From assembly GCF_000015585.1 (NCBI RefSeq), contig NC_008789.1:150001-182000 (forward strand): DNA of 32,000 nucleotides. Direction: 5' to 3'. Below are positions 1-7,318 of the stretch, in pieces. The notes beneath the pieces are model-generated. The model worked only from the letters and a program-made list of their open reading frames with translations. It searched no databases and had not been told where the DNA came from. This DNA is from Halorhodospira halophila SL1. Its GTDB lineage: Bacteria > Pseudomonadota > Gammaproteobacteria > Nitrococcales > Halorhodospiraceae. A program made the translations under genes and the position numbers. The first letter of the stretch is position 1. Each line of letters opens with the position of its first letter.

Positions 1-48
1 GGCAAGCCGCGGTAGCAAGCCCTGGCGAGCCGCACACACCGCGCCGGC

Positions 49-675
49 TTACTCCTGCTTGAGCACCGCCATTCCCCGCTCCACCGCTGGCCGCTCAGCG
101 ATCTCGTCCGACCAACGCAGCACGTTGGGGAAGTCGCCCATGCGCTGCCCCAGGCGCTCGGCGACCTGCACCCACGGGTAGGTCGCCATATCGGCGATGG
201 TGTATGCCGCCCCGCCCAGGTAGGGAACCTCGCCCAGGCGATGATCCAGCACCTTAAGCAGCCGCTCGGTCTCCCGGGTGTAGCGCTCGATACCGTACTC
301 CACCCGCTCCGGGGCCTGATTGCGGAAGTGGCCCGCCTGACCGAACATCGGACCGATCCCGCCCATCTGGAACATCAGCCACTCGATGGTGCGCATCCGC
401 GGCACCGGATCGGACGGCAGGAACTGCCCGGTCTTTTCGGCCAGATAGATCAGGATCGCGCCGGACTCGAACAGTGAGAACGGCTCTGCGTCGGGCCCAC
501 TGCTATCGACAATGGCCGGTATGCGGCCATTGGGGCTGATGCGCTGGAACTGCTCGGCGAACTGCTCGCCCTTGCCGATGTTCACCCCGTGGACCCGATA
601 CGCCAGCCCCATCTCCTCGAGGGCGATGTGGACCTTCTGCCCGTTGGGCGTCGGCCAGCTATAAAGTTCGATCAT
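49..675 (-). CDS. Glutathione S-transferase family protein (Nu-class, YfcG/YghU-like)
   Basis: Lies within ORF 49..849(-). The internal ATG at 673-675 has GGAGG (complement of 680-684) 4 nt upstream. This gives 208 aa starting [24 protein letters not shown], with [11 protein letters not shown] typical of the GST thioredoxin-like N-domain, followed by a helical C-domain. The 58 upstream codons are Arg/Gly/Pro-rich read-through. Confidence 0.85.
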   Translation of the reverse strand: MIELYSWPTPNGQKVHIALEEMGLAYRVHGVNIGKGEQFAEQFQRISPNGRIPAIVDSSGPDAEPFSLFESGAILIYLAEKTGQFLPSDPVPRMRTIEWLMFQMGGIGPMFGQAGHFRNQAPERVEYGIERYTRETERLLKVLDHRLGEVPYLGGAAYTIADMATYPWVQVAERLGQRMGDFPNVLRWSDEIAERPAVERGMAVLKQE

Positions 676-783
676 TGTGCCTCCCTGATTGAAAATGCCT
701 CGCCGGAGGCCGCCGAGGCCTGGCGATATCCTAGAAGACGAATGTTTTCCGGGTCGACGTCGGATTCCGCTACAATAGCGACC

Positions 784-2025
784 ATGGATGCAGAAACCCG
801 TCCCATTGAAGCCGAGCCGTCGCCCCGGCGCCACAGCCGAACAGTCCACATCGGTGGCCTGCGTATGGGCGGCGACGCCCCGATCGTGGTCCAGTCGATG
901 ACCGACACCGACACCGCCGACGAGGTGGCCACTGCGGTCCAGGCCGCGGATCTGGCTCGCGCCGGATCCGAACTGGTCCGGGTGACCATCAACAACGAGG
1001 AAGCCGCGGCGGCCGTGCCGCGCATCCGCGAGCGGCTAGCCCGGATGGGGGTCGAGGTGCCCATCGTCGGCGACTTCCACTTCAACGGCCACAAGCTGCT
1101 GCGTCGCCACCCCGAGTGCGCCGAGGCCCTCGCCAAGATGCGCATCAACCCGGGCAACGTCGGCAAGGGCAGCCGGCGCGATCCGCAGTTCGCGGAGATG
1201 ATCGAGATCGCCTGCACCTACGACCTTCCGGTACGCATTGGCGTCAACTGGGGAAGCCTGGACGACAGCGTGCTCACCCGGCTGATGGACGCCAACGCCG
1301 CACGCCAGCAGCCGCTGCCGCCGGAGACCGTCATGCGCGACGCGGTGGTCACCTCGGCGGTGGAGAGTGCGCAGCGCGCCGAGGAACTCGGGTTGCCGGG
1401 TGATCGCATCGTGCTCTCCTGCAAGATGAGCGGCGTCCAGGATCTGGTGGCGGTCTATCGCGACCTGGCCCGCCGCTGTGACTACCCCCTGCACCTGGGC
1501 CTGACCGAGGCCGGCATGGGGGTCCCTGGTGTGGTCGCCTCCTCCGCGGCCCTGGCCATCCTGTTGCAGGAGGGGATCGGCGACACCATCCGGGTCTCGC
1601 TCACACCGGATCCCGGCGGAGCCCGCACCCGGGAGGTCGAGGTTGCCCAGCAGGTCCTGCAGAGCATGGGCCTGCGCGATTTCACCCCGCGGGTCACCGC
1701 CTGCCCGGGCTGCGGGCGCACCTCCAGCGACTTCTTCCAGCACCTGGCCGAGCACATCCGCAACCATATCGACAAGCGCATGCCGGAATGGCGCGAGCGC
1801 TACCCCGGCGTCGAGGGGCTGCGGATCGCCGTCATGGGGTGCGTAGTCAACGGCCCCGGCGAGAGCCGCCACGCCGATATCGGCATCAGCCTGCCCGGCG
1901 CCGGTGAGCAGCCCTCGGCACCGGTGTTCATCGACGGCGAGCGCTCGGTCACCCTCAAGGGCGATCAGATCGCCGAAGAGTTCGAGCAGATCGTCGAGTC
2001 CTACGTGCAACGGCGGTTCGGCTAG
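784..2025 (+). CDS. ispG: 4-hydroxy-3-methylbut-2-en-1-yl diphosphate synthase (flavodoxin), MEP pathway
   Basis: The translation [28 protein letters not shown] ... RINPGNVG ... ACPGCGRT ... [11 protein letters not shown] matches the IspG/GcpE TIM-barrel plus the Cys-rich 4Fe-4S domain. Starting at ATG 784 gives an N-terminus of E. coli-like length. An alternative in-frame ATG lies at 742. The track ORF start at 589 overlaps the divergent GST gene. Confidence 0.95.
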   Translation: MDAETRPIEAEPSPRRHSRTVHIGGLRMGGDAPIVVQSMTDTDTADEVATAVQAADLARAGSELVRVTINNEEAAAAVPRIRERLARMGVEVPIVGDFHFNGHKLLRRHPECAEALAKMRINPGNVGKGSRRDPQFAEMIEIACTYDLPVRIGVNWGSLDDSVLTRLMDANAARQQPLPPETVMRDAVVTSAVESAQRAEELGLPGDRIVLSCKMSGVQDLVAVYRDLARRCDYPLHLGLTEAGMGVPGVVASSAALAILLQEGIGDTIRVSLTPDPGGARTREVEVAQQVLQSMGLRDFTPRVTACPGCGRTSSDFFQHLAEHIRNHIDKRMPEWRERYPGVEGLRIAVMGCVVNGPGESRHADIGISLPGAGEQPSAPVFIDGERSVTLKGDQIAEEFEQIVESYVQRRFG

Positions 2026-2040
2026 CCCAACGCCACAAGC

Positions 2041-2083
2041 CAAGCCATCGGGGGGGGGGTGGACGATCCCGCCCCTCGGCTTG
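2041..2083. terminator. Imperfect GC-rich hairpin between convergent ispG and the Rrf2 gene (candidate bidirectional terminator)
   Basis: CAAGCC (2041-2046) pairs with GGCTTG (2078-2083). The G10 run (2050-2059) pairs with CCCGCCCC (2068-2075) with one mismatch, leaving a loop of about 10 nt. There is no flanking U/T run on either strand, so this is not a classical intrinsic terminator. Confidence 0.3.
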
Positions 2084-2090
2084 CGTGGCC

Positions 2091-2621
2091 CTAGCGCACG
2101 CGCCGCGCACGCGCCGAGCGGTGCGTGGGATGCTTGGGCCCTCGCTCGGTCAGTACGCCGCATACCTCGCAGCGCCACGGACCGGTCTGGTACTGGCGTG
2201 CCAGCCACTCCCGTGCTGCCGGCCGTTCCACCAGATCGGCAACGGTGAGGCGCTCCATGAAGTGGGCGATATCCGCCATCAGCCGGCTCCATACAGCGCC
2301 CTCAAGCGCGCTGCGGTAAGTGGTACCGGCCTCCCGGCGCTCCACCGCCGCAATGATCTCGGCCACCGTCACCTCGCTAGCCGGCCGGGCCAACCGATAC
2401 CCCCCACCCGGCCCAGGGATCCCCTCAATGATCCGGTGCGGCCGCAAATCGGCAAAGATCTGATCGACGTACGAGGTGGAAATGTTCTGACAGACCGAGA
2501 TCTCGGCCAGCGGTACCGGGCCGATCTCGTCGTGCAGCGCGATATGCAGGACCGCACCGACGGCATAGCGTCCGCGGGCAGTAACCTGCACCAGGGTGTT
2601 GGGATCGGCATTGGCGTACAT
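2091..2621 (-). CDS. Rrf2 family transcriptional regulator (no canonical Fe-S cluster cysteines)
   Basis: Starting at ATG 2619-2621 within ORF 2091..2960(-) gives 176 aa. RGRYAVGAVLHIAL ... LAEISVCQNISTSYVDQIFADLRPHRIIEGIPGPGGGYRLARP is the Rrf2 winged helix-turn-helix. The upstream 113 codons of the track ORF are Arg/Gly-rich junk spanning the intergenic region. Confidence 0.85.
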   Translation of the reverse strand: MYANADPNTLVQVTARGRYAVGAVLHIALHDEIGPVPLAEISVCQNISTSYVDQIFADLRPHRIIEGIPGPGGGYRLARPASEVTVAEIIAAVERREAGTTYRSALEGAVWSRLMADIAHFMERLTVADLVERPAAREWLARQYQTGPWRCEVCGVLTERGPKHPTHRSARARRVR

Positions 2622-2655
2622 GGCACAGCCCTCACGGTTTTGAGCGATTCTATTG

Positions 2656-2672
2656 TGGACCAGTTTAGTCCA
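2656..2672. promoter_or_regulatory. Inverted repeat TGGAC-N7-GTCCA upstream of the Rrf2 gene (candidate autoregulatory operator)
   Basis: TGGACCAGTTTAGTCCA lies 35-51 nt upstream of the Rrf2 start, in a locally AT-richer stretch. The core GACCAGTTTAGTC resembles the GAC-N7-GTC core I recall for IscR type-1 operators (GACTRWWWYAGTC). Confidence 0.3.
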
Positions 2673-2719
2673 TTTCTCGCTCTGTGCCAATTTGCCGCAG
2701 CACACCGCCCCCTCCCCCC

Positions 2720-3535
2720 TCAGTAAGGGGGCACATTGAAGGCGTGATTGACCGGCCCGGCACCGCCCCCGAGACCACGGGCGGTCCGCAACGCCTCCTG
2801 GAGGTAATCCCGGGCGTGCGGCACCGCGTCGCTCAAAGGCAACCCACGGGCGACACCGGCGGCGATGGCGCTCGCCAGGGTGCACCCGGTGCCGTGATTG
2901 GAATTCGTCTCGATGCGTCGGCTGCGAAAGCACACCTCGCCTTCGGGAGTCGCCAGGCAATCAATGACCTCGTCGCCGGGGGCGTGCCCGCCCTTGACCA
3001 GCACGGCCTCGGCGCCGTAACCGCGCAGGGCCCGCGCGGCCTCCTGCAGACCGGACTCGGTAGCGGGGACGGAGCGCCCGAGCAGTACCTCGGCCTCGGG
3101 CAGGTTGGGCGTGAGCAACGTCGCCCGCGGCAGGAGCACGTCGCCAAGTCGCTCGGCCGCAGCCTCGGCCAGGAGGCGATCGCCGCTCTGGGCCACCATC
3201 ACCGGGTCCACCACCAACGGCACCCCGGGGGCCAAGGCGTCGAGTTCGGCGGCCACCGCGTCGATGACGGCCGTATCGTGGAGCATGCCTGTCTTCACGC
3301 AGTCGGCCCCGATATCGGTGAGCACCGAGCGGATCTGGGCACGGATGAAGCCAGGCGGGACCGTGTGCACATCCTGCACGCCCTGAGTATTCTGCGCCGT
3401 CAGGGCGGTGATCGCCGTACAGCAATAGCCGCCGAGCGCCATGACCGCTTTCAGGTCGGCCTGGATGCCGGCGCCGCCGCCCGAATCCGAGCCGGCAATC
3501 ACCAGCACTCGCGCGTTACCGAATCGATCCGTCAT
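2720..3535 (-). CDS. thiD: Bifunctional hydroxymethylpyrimidine / phosphomethylpyrimidine kinase
   Basis: 271 aa. VLVIAGSDSGGGAGIQADLKA ... TALTAQNT ... VVDPVM ... LLTPNLPEA ... VLVKGGH ... HGTGCTLASAIA is the ThiD/ribokinase-family signature. The ATG overlaps the stop of the upstream ligase gene (ATGA, 3532-3535). Confidence 0.93.
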   Translation of the reverse strand: MTDRFGNARVLVIAGSDSGGGAGIQADLKAVMALGGYCCTAITALTAQNTQGVQDVHTVPPGFIRAQIRSVLTDIGADCVKTGMLHDTAVIDAVAAELDALAPGVPLVVDPVMVAQSGDRLLAEAAAERLGDVLLPRATLLTPNLPEAEVLLGRSVPATESGLQEAARALRGYGAEAVLVKGGHAPGDEVIDCLATPEGEVCFRSRRIETNSNHGTGCTLASAIAAGVARGLPLSDAVPHARDYLQEALRTARGLGGGAGPVNHAFNVPPY

Positions 3536-5133
3536 GCCTGCTCCTCTCCTGATGCCGCTGCGTTCTCTCGGGTCAGCTGTTCGCGGACGCGGTTGCGATC
3601 CACCTTGCCGGCCCCGGTCAGCGGCAGCTCCTCAAAAAAGCGCATCAGTCGCGGCACCTTGTACCGTGCCAGCTCACGCTCGGCAAACTGCCGGATCTGC
3701 GCCGCATCCACCTCGGCCCCATCGCGCGCGACCAGCGCCGCCGCCGGCACCGCCCCCCAACGCGGATCGGGCACACCCACTACCGCCGCCTTGCGCACGC
3801 CGGCGTGGCGCAGCAGGACCCGCTCCACCTCCTCCGGGGCAATGTTCTCGCCGCCACTAATGAACATGTTGTCCACGCGGCCGACCAGGCGCACGTAGCC
3901 CTCATCGTCCTGGTAGGCCAGATCGCCGCTGTAGACCCAGCCATCCGCCAACAGGGTGTCGGCGCTGCGCTCGGGCTCATCCAGGTAGCCATCGAAGTTG
4001 TGCGGGCTGCGCATCAGCAGCACCCCCACCTCTCCCGCTGGCACCCTCTCCAGTCCCTCCGGATCGACGATGCGGTAGTCCGTGTGGAACATCGAGGTCC
4101 CCACGGAATCGTGGTGCTCGCGCAGCTCGTCGATCCCCTGGTCATCGCCGATATAGAGGAAGTTGGAAGGCCCCGCCTCGGTCATCCCGTAGGACTGGCT
4201 CACCCGCACGCCGCGCTGCCAGAACGGCTGCATGGTCCAGGAGGAGCACGGCGCCCCCGCCGTGGTGATCTGTTCCAGGGTGCTCATATCCACCCCGGCG
4301 AAACGCGGGTGCTCAGCCATGAGCTGCAGCATCGCCTCAACAGCCCCGAAGTGGGTGATCCCCTCCCCCTCAATGAGCTCCAGAGCCTGGCCCGGATCAA
4401 AGCTGCGCGGCATGACGGTGTAGCCACCGGCGTAGAAGACCGGCGTCAACGTATTCCAGCCACCGATATGAAACAGCGGGAAGGTCAGCAACTCCTGCTG
4501 CGGCCCCAGCGAGCCGCCGCTGGTGACCAGGATGTCGATAGCGTTCCAGACCATCTGACGATGGGAGACCACGCAGATCTTGGGCGTCGCCGTCGTTCCG
4601 CCCGTGTGAACGTAGAGGTACGGGTCGGCGAGCGCCAACGGCCGGTTCTGAATACTGGCCGGACCCTCGCCGGCCTCCACGGCCTCGAAGTAAGGCCCCC
4701 GGCCATCGGCCAACTCGATGCGCTGGGCCCCCGCCGGGAGATCCAGCTTGCCGGCCAGGTCGGCGAACGCCTCGTCGTAGAACAGGGCGCGGGGCGCGAT
4801 GCGCCGCACCAGATCGCTGAGCTCGCTCTGCGCCAGACGATAGGACAGCGGCGCCAGAACCACCCCGGTCTTGCCGCAGGCCAGATAGAGATCGACGGCC
4901 TCAAGCCGGTTGCGCGAGAGCAGGCAGATCGGTTCGCGAGGGCCGATCCCCAGTGTCTCCGTCAGCATCGCCGCTGCCCGCTCGGCTCGTCGATCGGCCT
5001 GCCGATAGGTAAGACAGCGCTCGCTGTCGGGCTCGTAGAGCGCCAGTCGTTCGGGGGTCAACGCCGCGCGCCGCCCGGACCAGTTGCCAACCCACTCCAT
5101 GGGCAGATCGTCGTAGCTCAAAACCGCTGCCAT
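3532..5133 (-). CDS. AMP-dependent acyl-CoA synthetase/ligase (ANL superfamily)
   Basis: ATG at 5131-5133 has AGGAGG 4 nt upstream, which I prefer to the track start at 5154. ANL motifs are present: HTGGTTATPK (A3), SYGMTEAG (A5), SGDLAYQDDEGYVRLVGRVDNMFISGGENIAPEEVE (A7/A8) and LPLTGAGKVDR (A10 Lys). Confidence 0.9.
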   Translation of the reverse strand: MAAVLSYDDLPMEWVGNWSGRRAALTPERLALYEPDSERCLTYRQADRRAERAAAMLTETLGIGPREPICLLSRNRLEAVDLYLACGKTGVVLAPLSYRLAQSELSDLVRRIAPRALFYDEAFADLAGKLDLPAGAQRIELADGRGPYFEAVEAGEGPASIQNRPLALADPYLYVHTGGTTATPKICVVSHRQMVWNAIDILVTSGGSLGPQQELLTFPLFHIGGWNTLTPVFYAGGYTVMPRSFDPGQALELIEGEGITHFGAVEAMLQLMAEHPRFAGVDMSTLEQITTAGAPCSSWTMQPFWQRGVRVSQSYGMTEAGPSNFLYIGDDQGIDELREHHDSVGTSMFHTDYRIVDPEGLERVPAGEVGVLLMRSPHNFDGYLDEPERSADTLLADGWVYSGDLAYQDDEGYVRLVGRVDNMFISGGENIAPEEVERVLLRHAGVRKAAVVGVPDPRWGAVPAAALVARDGAEVDAAQIRQFAERELARYKVPRLMRFFEELPLTGAGKVDRNRVREQLTRENAAASGEEQA

Positions 5134-5166
5134 GCAGCCTCCTCTTGGTACCAACAGGGCGGGGTC

Positions 5167-6084
5167 TCAACCCTGTTTCTGCTTCCAGTAGCGCCGCAGC
5201 CCTAGCGCCGACATCCACGCCGGATTGATCGCCTGGTGCCCGGGCCAGTCGGCCGCGTCCAGCCCCTGTTCCAACGCCCACGCCTCCAGCCAGTCCGTAT
5301 ACCGGGCCTGCAGATCGGTGACGTCGGCTGCCCGGGGCACGTTCTCGTCGGCCCAATGGCACACCGCCCGCAGCCCCCGGCGCAGGGCAGCCAGATGCTC
5401 CGCAGGGTCCAGGAACAAACCGAAATGGGTCAGCGCCAGGTATTCGGGCTGCTGCGCAGCGATATGGGCCAAACTCCGTCGCCACCGCTCGGGGGCGAAC
5501 TCCGGCGGTGGTGCCGGGGGAACCACCACCCCGGAGTGCGGCATGCGCACCCCGGCCACATCCCCGGTAAAGCAGATGTCGTCGAGCTGGAAGGCCAAGT
5601 GGTGCTCGGCGTGCCCCGGGGTATCCAGCGCCACCACACCAATCCCGCCGACGGCGACCTCATCGCCATCTTCCAGCGTGGTGATCTGCTCCTCGGGAAC
5701 GGGCAGGCACTCCCCCCAGAGGCGGTCCATGTCGTCGCCGTAGATCCGCGCGGCGCTCTCGAGCAGACGGGAGGGATCGATCAGGTGCGGGGCACCCCGC
5801 GGATGCACATACACGCGGGCGCCCTGACGGGCCAGCCAGCCGGCCGCACCGGCGTGGTCCAGGTGGATGTGGGTCAACAGGAGGTGGGTGATATCCCCCG
5901 GTGCCAGCCCCCGCCGGCGAAGCTCCAGCTCGAGGCCGCCGATTGTGCTCCCGGGGCCGCTCTCGATCAGCATCGCCCCGCCCTGATGACGGATCAGAAA
6001 ACTGGCGATACGCCCGGGCTTGCCCTGGAAGTGCAGGTCGATCGCCTCCACCGAAACACCGGTACGCGAGCGTAGACTGTCCAC
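5167..6084 (-). CDS. MBL-fold metallo-hydrolase
   Basis: The HxHxDH motif LLTHIHLDHAGAAGW and a later TPGHAEHH are present. I prefer GTG at 6082-6084, which has GAGGAGG 6 nt upstream. The track ATG at 6144 would leave only 5 nt to the divergent gene. Confidence 0.85.
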   Translation of the reverse strand: MDSLRSRTGVSVEAIDLHFQGKPGRIASFLIRHQGGAMLIESGPGSTIGGLELELRRRGLAPGDITHLLLTHIHLDHAGAAGWLARQGARVYVHPRGAPHLIDPSRLLESAARIYGDDMDRLWGECLPVPEEQITTLEDGDEVAVGGIGVVALDTPGHAEHHLAFQLDDICFTGDVAGVRMPHSGVVVPPAPPPEFAPERWRRSLAHIAAQQPEYLALTHFGLFLDPAEHLAALRRGLRAVCHWADENVPRAADVTDLQARYTDWLEAWALEQGLDAADWPGHQAINPAWMSALGLRRYWKQKQG

Positions 6085-6149
6085 GACGGACCTCCTCTGC
6101 TTGAATGGTAGGGGCCGCACACCGTCTACGCTAGCACGGAGCAAGCGCC

Positions 6150-7310
6150 ATGATCCGAGTCACGCCGCGCGTCGCTGCCCTCGCCGGTCTCCCGCTGATC
6201 GGCGGGTCCGCCCTCGCCGGGGAGGTGATCGAGGCCAACCACGACACCGAGTACCACGGCGTGCGCATCGTGCAGGTGGCCACGGACCTGGAACACCCCT
6301 GGGGGCTGGCCTTCCTGCCCGACGGCGGCATGCTGGTCACCGAGCGCCCGGGCCGCATCAACCGGATCGAGGACGGCCAGGTCGAGCGCCTATCAGGCGG
6401 CCCCGAGAACGTCTTCGCCCGCAACCAGGGCGGGATGCTCGATATCGCCCTCCATCCGGACTTCGATGACAACCGCCAGGTCTACTTCACGTACGCGCAC
6501 GGTGATGCCGACGAGACCACCGTAGCGCTGGCGCGGGCACGCCTCGATGAAGACGCGCCCCGGCTGACCGACCTCGAGGAGCTCTTGGTGGCCGATGCCG
6601 GGGCCAGCCCCGGGCGGCACTACGGCTCACGGATCGATTTCAAACCGGACGGGACCCTGCTCATGACCGTCGGTGACCGCGGCGATGACGAACACGATCC
6701 GGACAGCCACCGCGCCCAGGACAACAGCAATCACGTCGGGACCACCCTGCGCCTGAAGGACGACGGCTCGGTGCCCGCCGACAACCCCTTCGTTGAAGAC
6801 GACGAGGTGCGCGACGAGATCTACACCTACGGCCACCGCAACGCCCAGGGTCAGTTCATTCACCCGGAGACCGGTGAGATCTGGCAGAGTGAGCACGGGC
6901 CGCGAGGTGGCGATGAACTCAACCGGGTCCAGGCCGGGCATAACTACGGGTGGCCGATCATCTCCCATGGCCGCGACTACGCCACCCAGGAACCGATCGG
7001 GACCGGGCGCCATGCCGAGGGCATGGAATCGCCCATCCGGGACTGGACCCCGGCCATCGCACCCTCGGGGCTGGATCACTACAGCGGCGAGGCGTTCCCG
7101 CGCTGGGAGGGGGATTTCCTGGCCGGCGCGCTGGTGCGCCCGGCGGTGCGCCGCGTGGTCGTCGAGGACGACACGGTGGTCCACGAAGAGGAGATCCTGC
7201 GCGACGCCGTGGGTCGGGTCCGCGCCGTCCAGGAGGGCCCCGAGGGACGGATCTATCTGCTGACCGACGAATCCGATGGCGGCATCTACCGCCTGGAACC
7301 TGCCGACTGA
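6150..7310 (+). CDS. PQQ-dependent sugar dehydrogenase (soluble aldose sugar dehydrogenase YliI/sorbosone dehydrogenase family), secreted
   Basis: There is an N-terminal signal-like sequence, MIRVTPRVAALAGLPLIGGSALAGE. Beta-propeller family motifs are present: HPWGLAFLPDG, HYGSRIDFKPDGTL and YGHRNAQG...SEHGPRGGDELNRVQAGHNYGWP. GGAG lies 9 nt upstream of the ATG. Confidence 0.88.
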   Translation: MIRVTPRVAALAGLPLIGGSALAGEVIEANHDTEYHGVRIVQVATDLEHPWGLAFLPDGGMLVTERPGRINRIEDGQVERLSGGPENVFARNQGGMLDIALHPDFDDNRQVYFTYAHGDADETTVALARARLDEDAPRLTDLEELLVADAGASPGRHYGSRIDFKPDGTLLMTVGDRGDDEHDPDSHRAQDNSNHVGTTLRLKDDGSVPADNPFVEDDEVRDEIYTYGHRNAQGQFIHPETGEIWQSEHGPRGGDELNRVQAGHNYGWPIISHGRDYATQEPIGTGRHAEGMESPIRDWTPAIAPSGLDHYSGEAFPRWEGDFLAGALVRPAVRRVVVEDDTVVHEEEILRDAVGRVRAVQEGPEGRIYLLTDESDGGIYRLEPAD

Positions 7311-7318
7311 GGGAGCCT

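Noticed and set aside
771-786. TACAAT hexamer 7 nt upstream of the ispG ATG (784), suggesting a leaderless ispG mRNA.
   Set aside because: There is no acceptable -35 element at 16-18 nt spacing (TCCGGG/TTCCGG) and no extended -10. An alternative in-frame ATG at 742 would place the hexamer inside the CDS. This cannot be decided without TSS data.
1036-2292. Many long ORFs in the six-frame track lie antisense to, or frame-shifted within, confidently assigned genes. Examples are 1036..2292(-), 2684..3898(+), 3805..5205(+), 5236..6075(+), 7937..8614(-), 13679..14425(-), 14643..15329(-), 15353..16129(-), 19919..21139(+), 21744..22751(+), 24385..25842(+), 27647..28504(-), 29581..30543(+) and 30658..31695(-).
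   Set aside because: Their translations are Arg/Gly/Pro/Ala-rich with no recognisable motifs. They overlap genes that have strong family signatures and the expected GC3 bias. Such shadow ORFs are expected in high-GC DNA because stop codons are rare.
2715-2731. Small hairpin CCCCCT-cagta-AGGGGG spanning the thiD stop codon.
   Set aside because: It has only 6 bp and no U-run. Half of it is coding sequence for the conserved C-terminus (PPY). A chance C/G-run complement is likely, so the evidence is insufficient to call a terminator or attenuator.
3536-3600. I looked for a TPP (THI-box) riboswitch upstream of thiD.
   Set aside because: thiD starts inside the stop codon of the preceding ligase gene, so there is no leader. 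I saw no CUGAGA/ACCUGA-type THI-box elements upstream of the operon either.
6950-7318. 5' extension of the uup ORF (track start 6950), which would give a 766-aa protein overlapping the sugar dehydrogenase gene.
   Set aside because: The extension is low-complexity Arg/Gly/Pro and overlaps a well-supported CDS in another frame. The ABC-F homology begins right at GTG 7319, which follows GGGAG.
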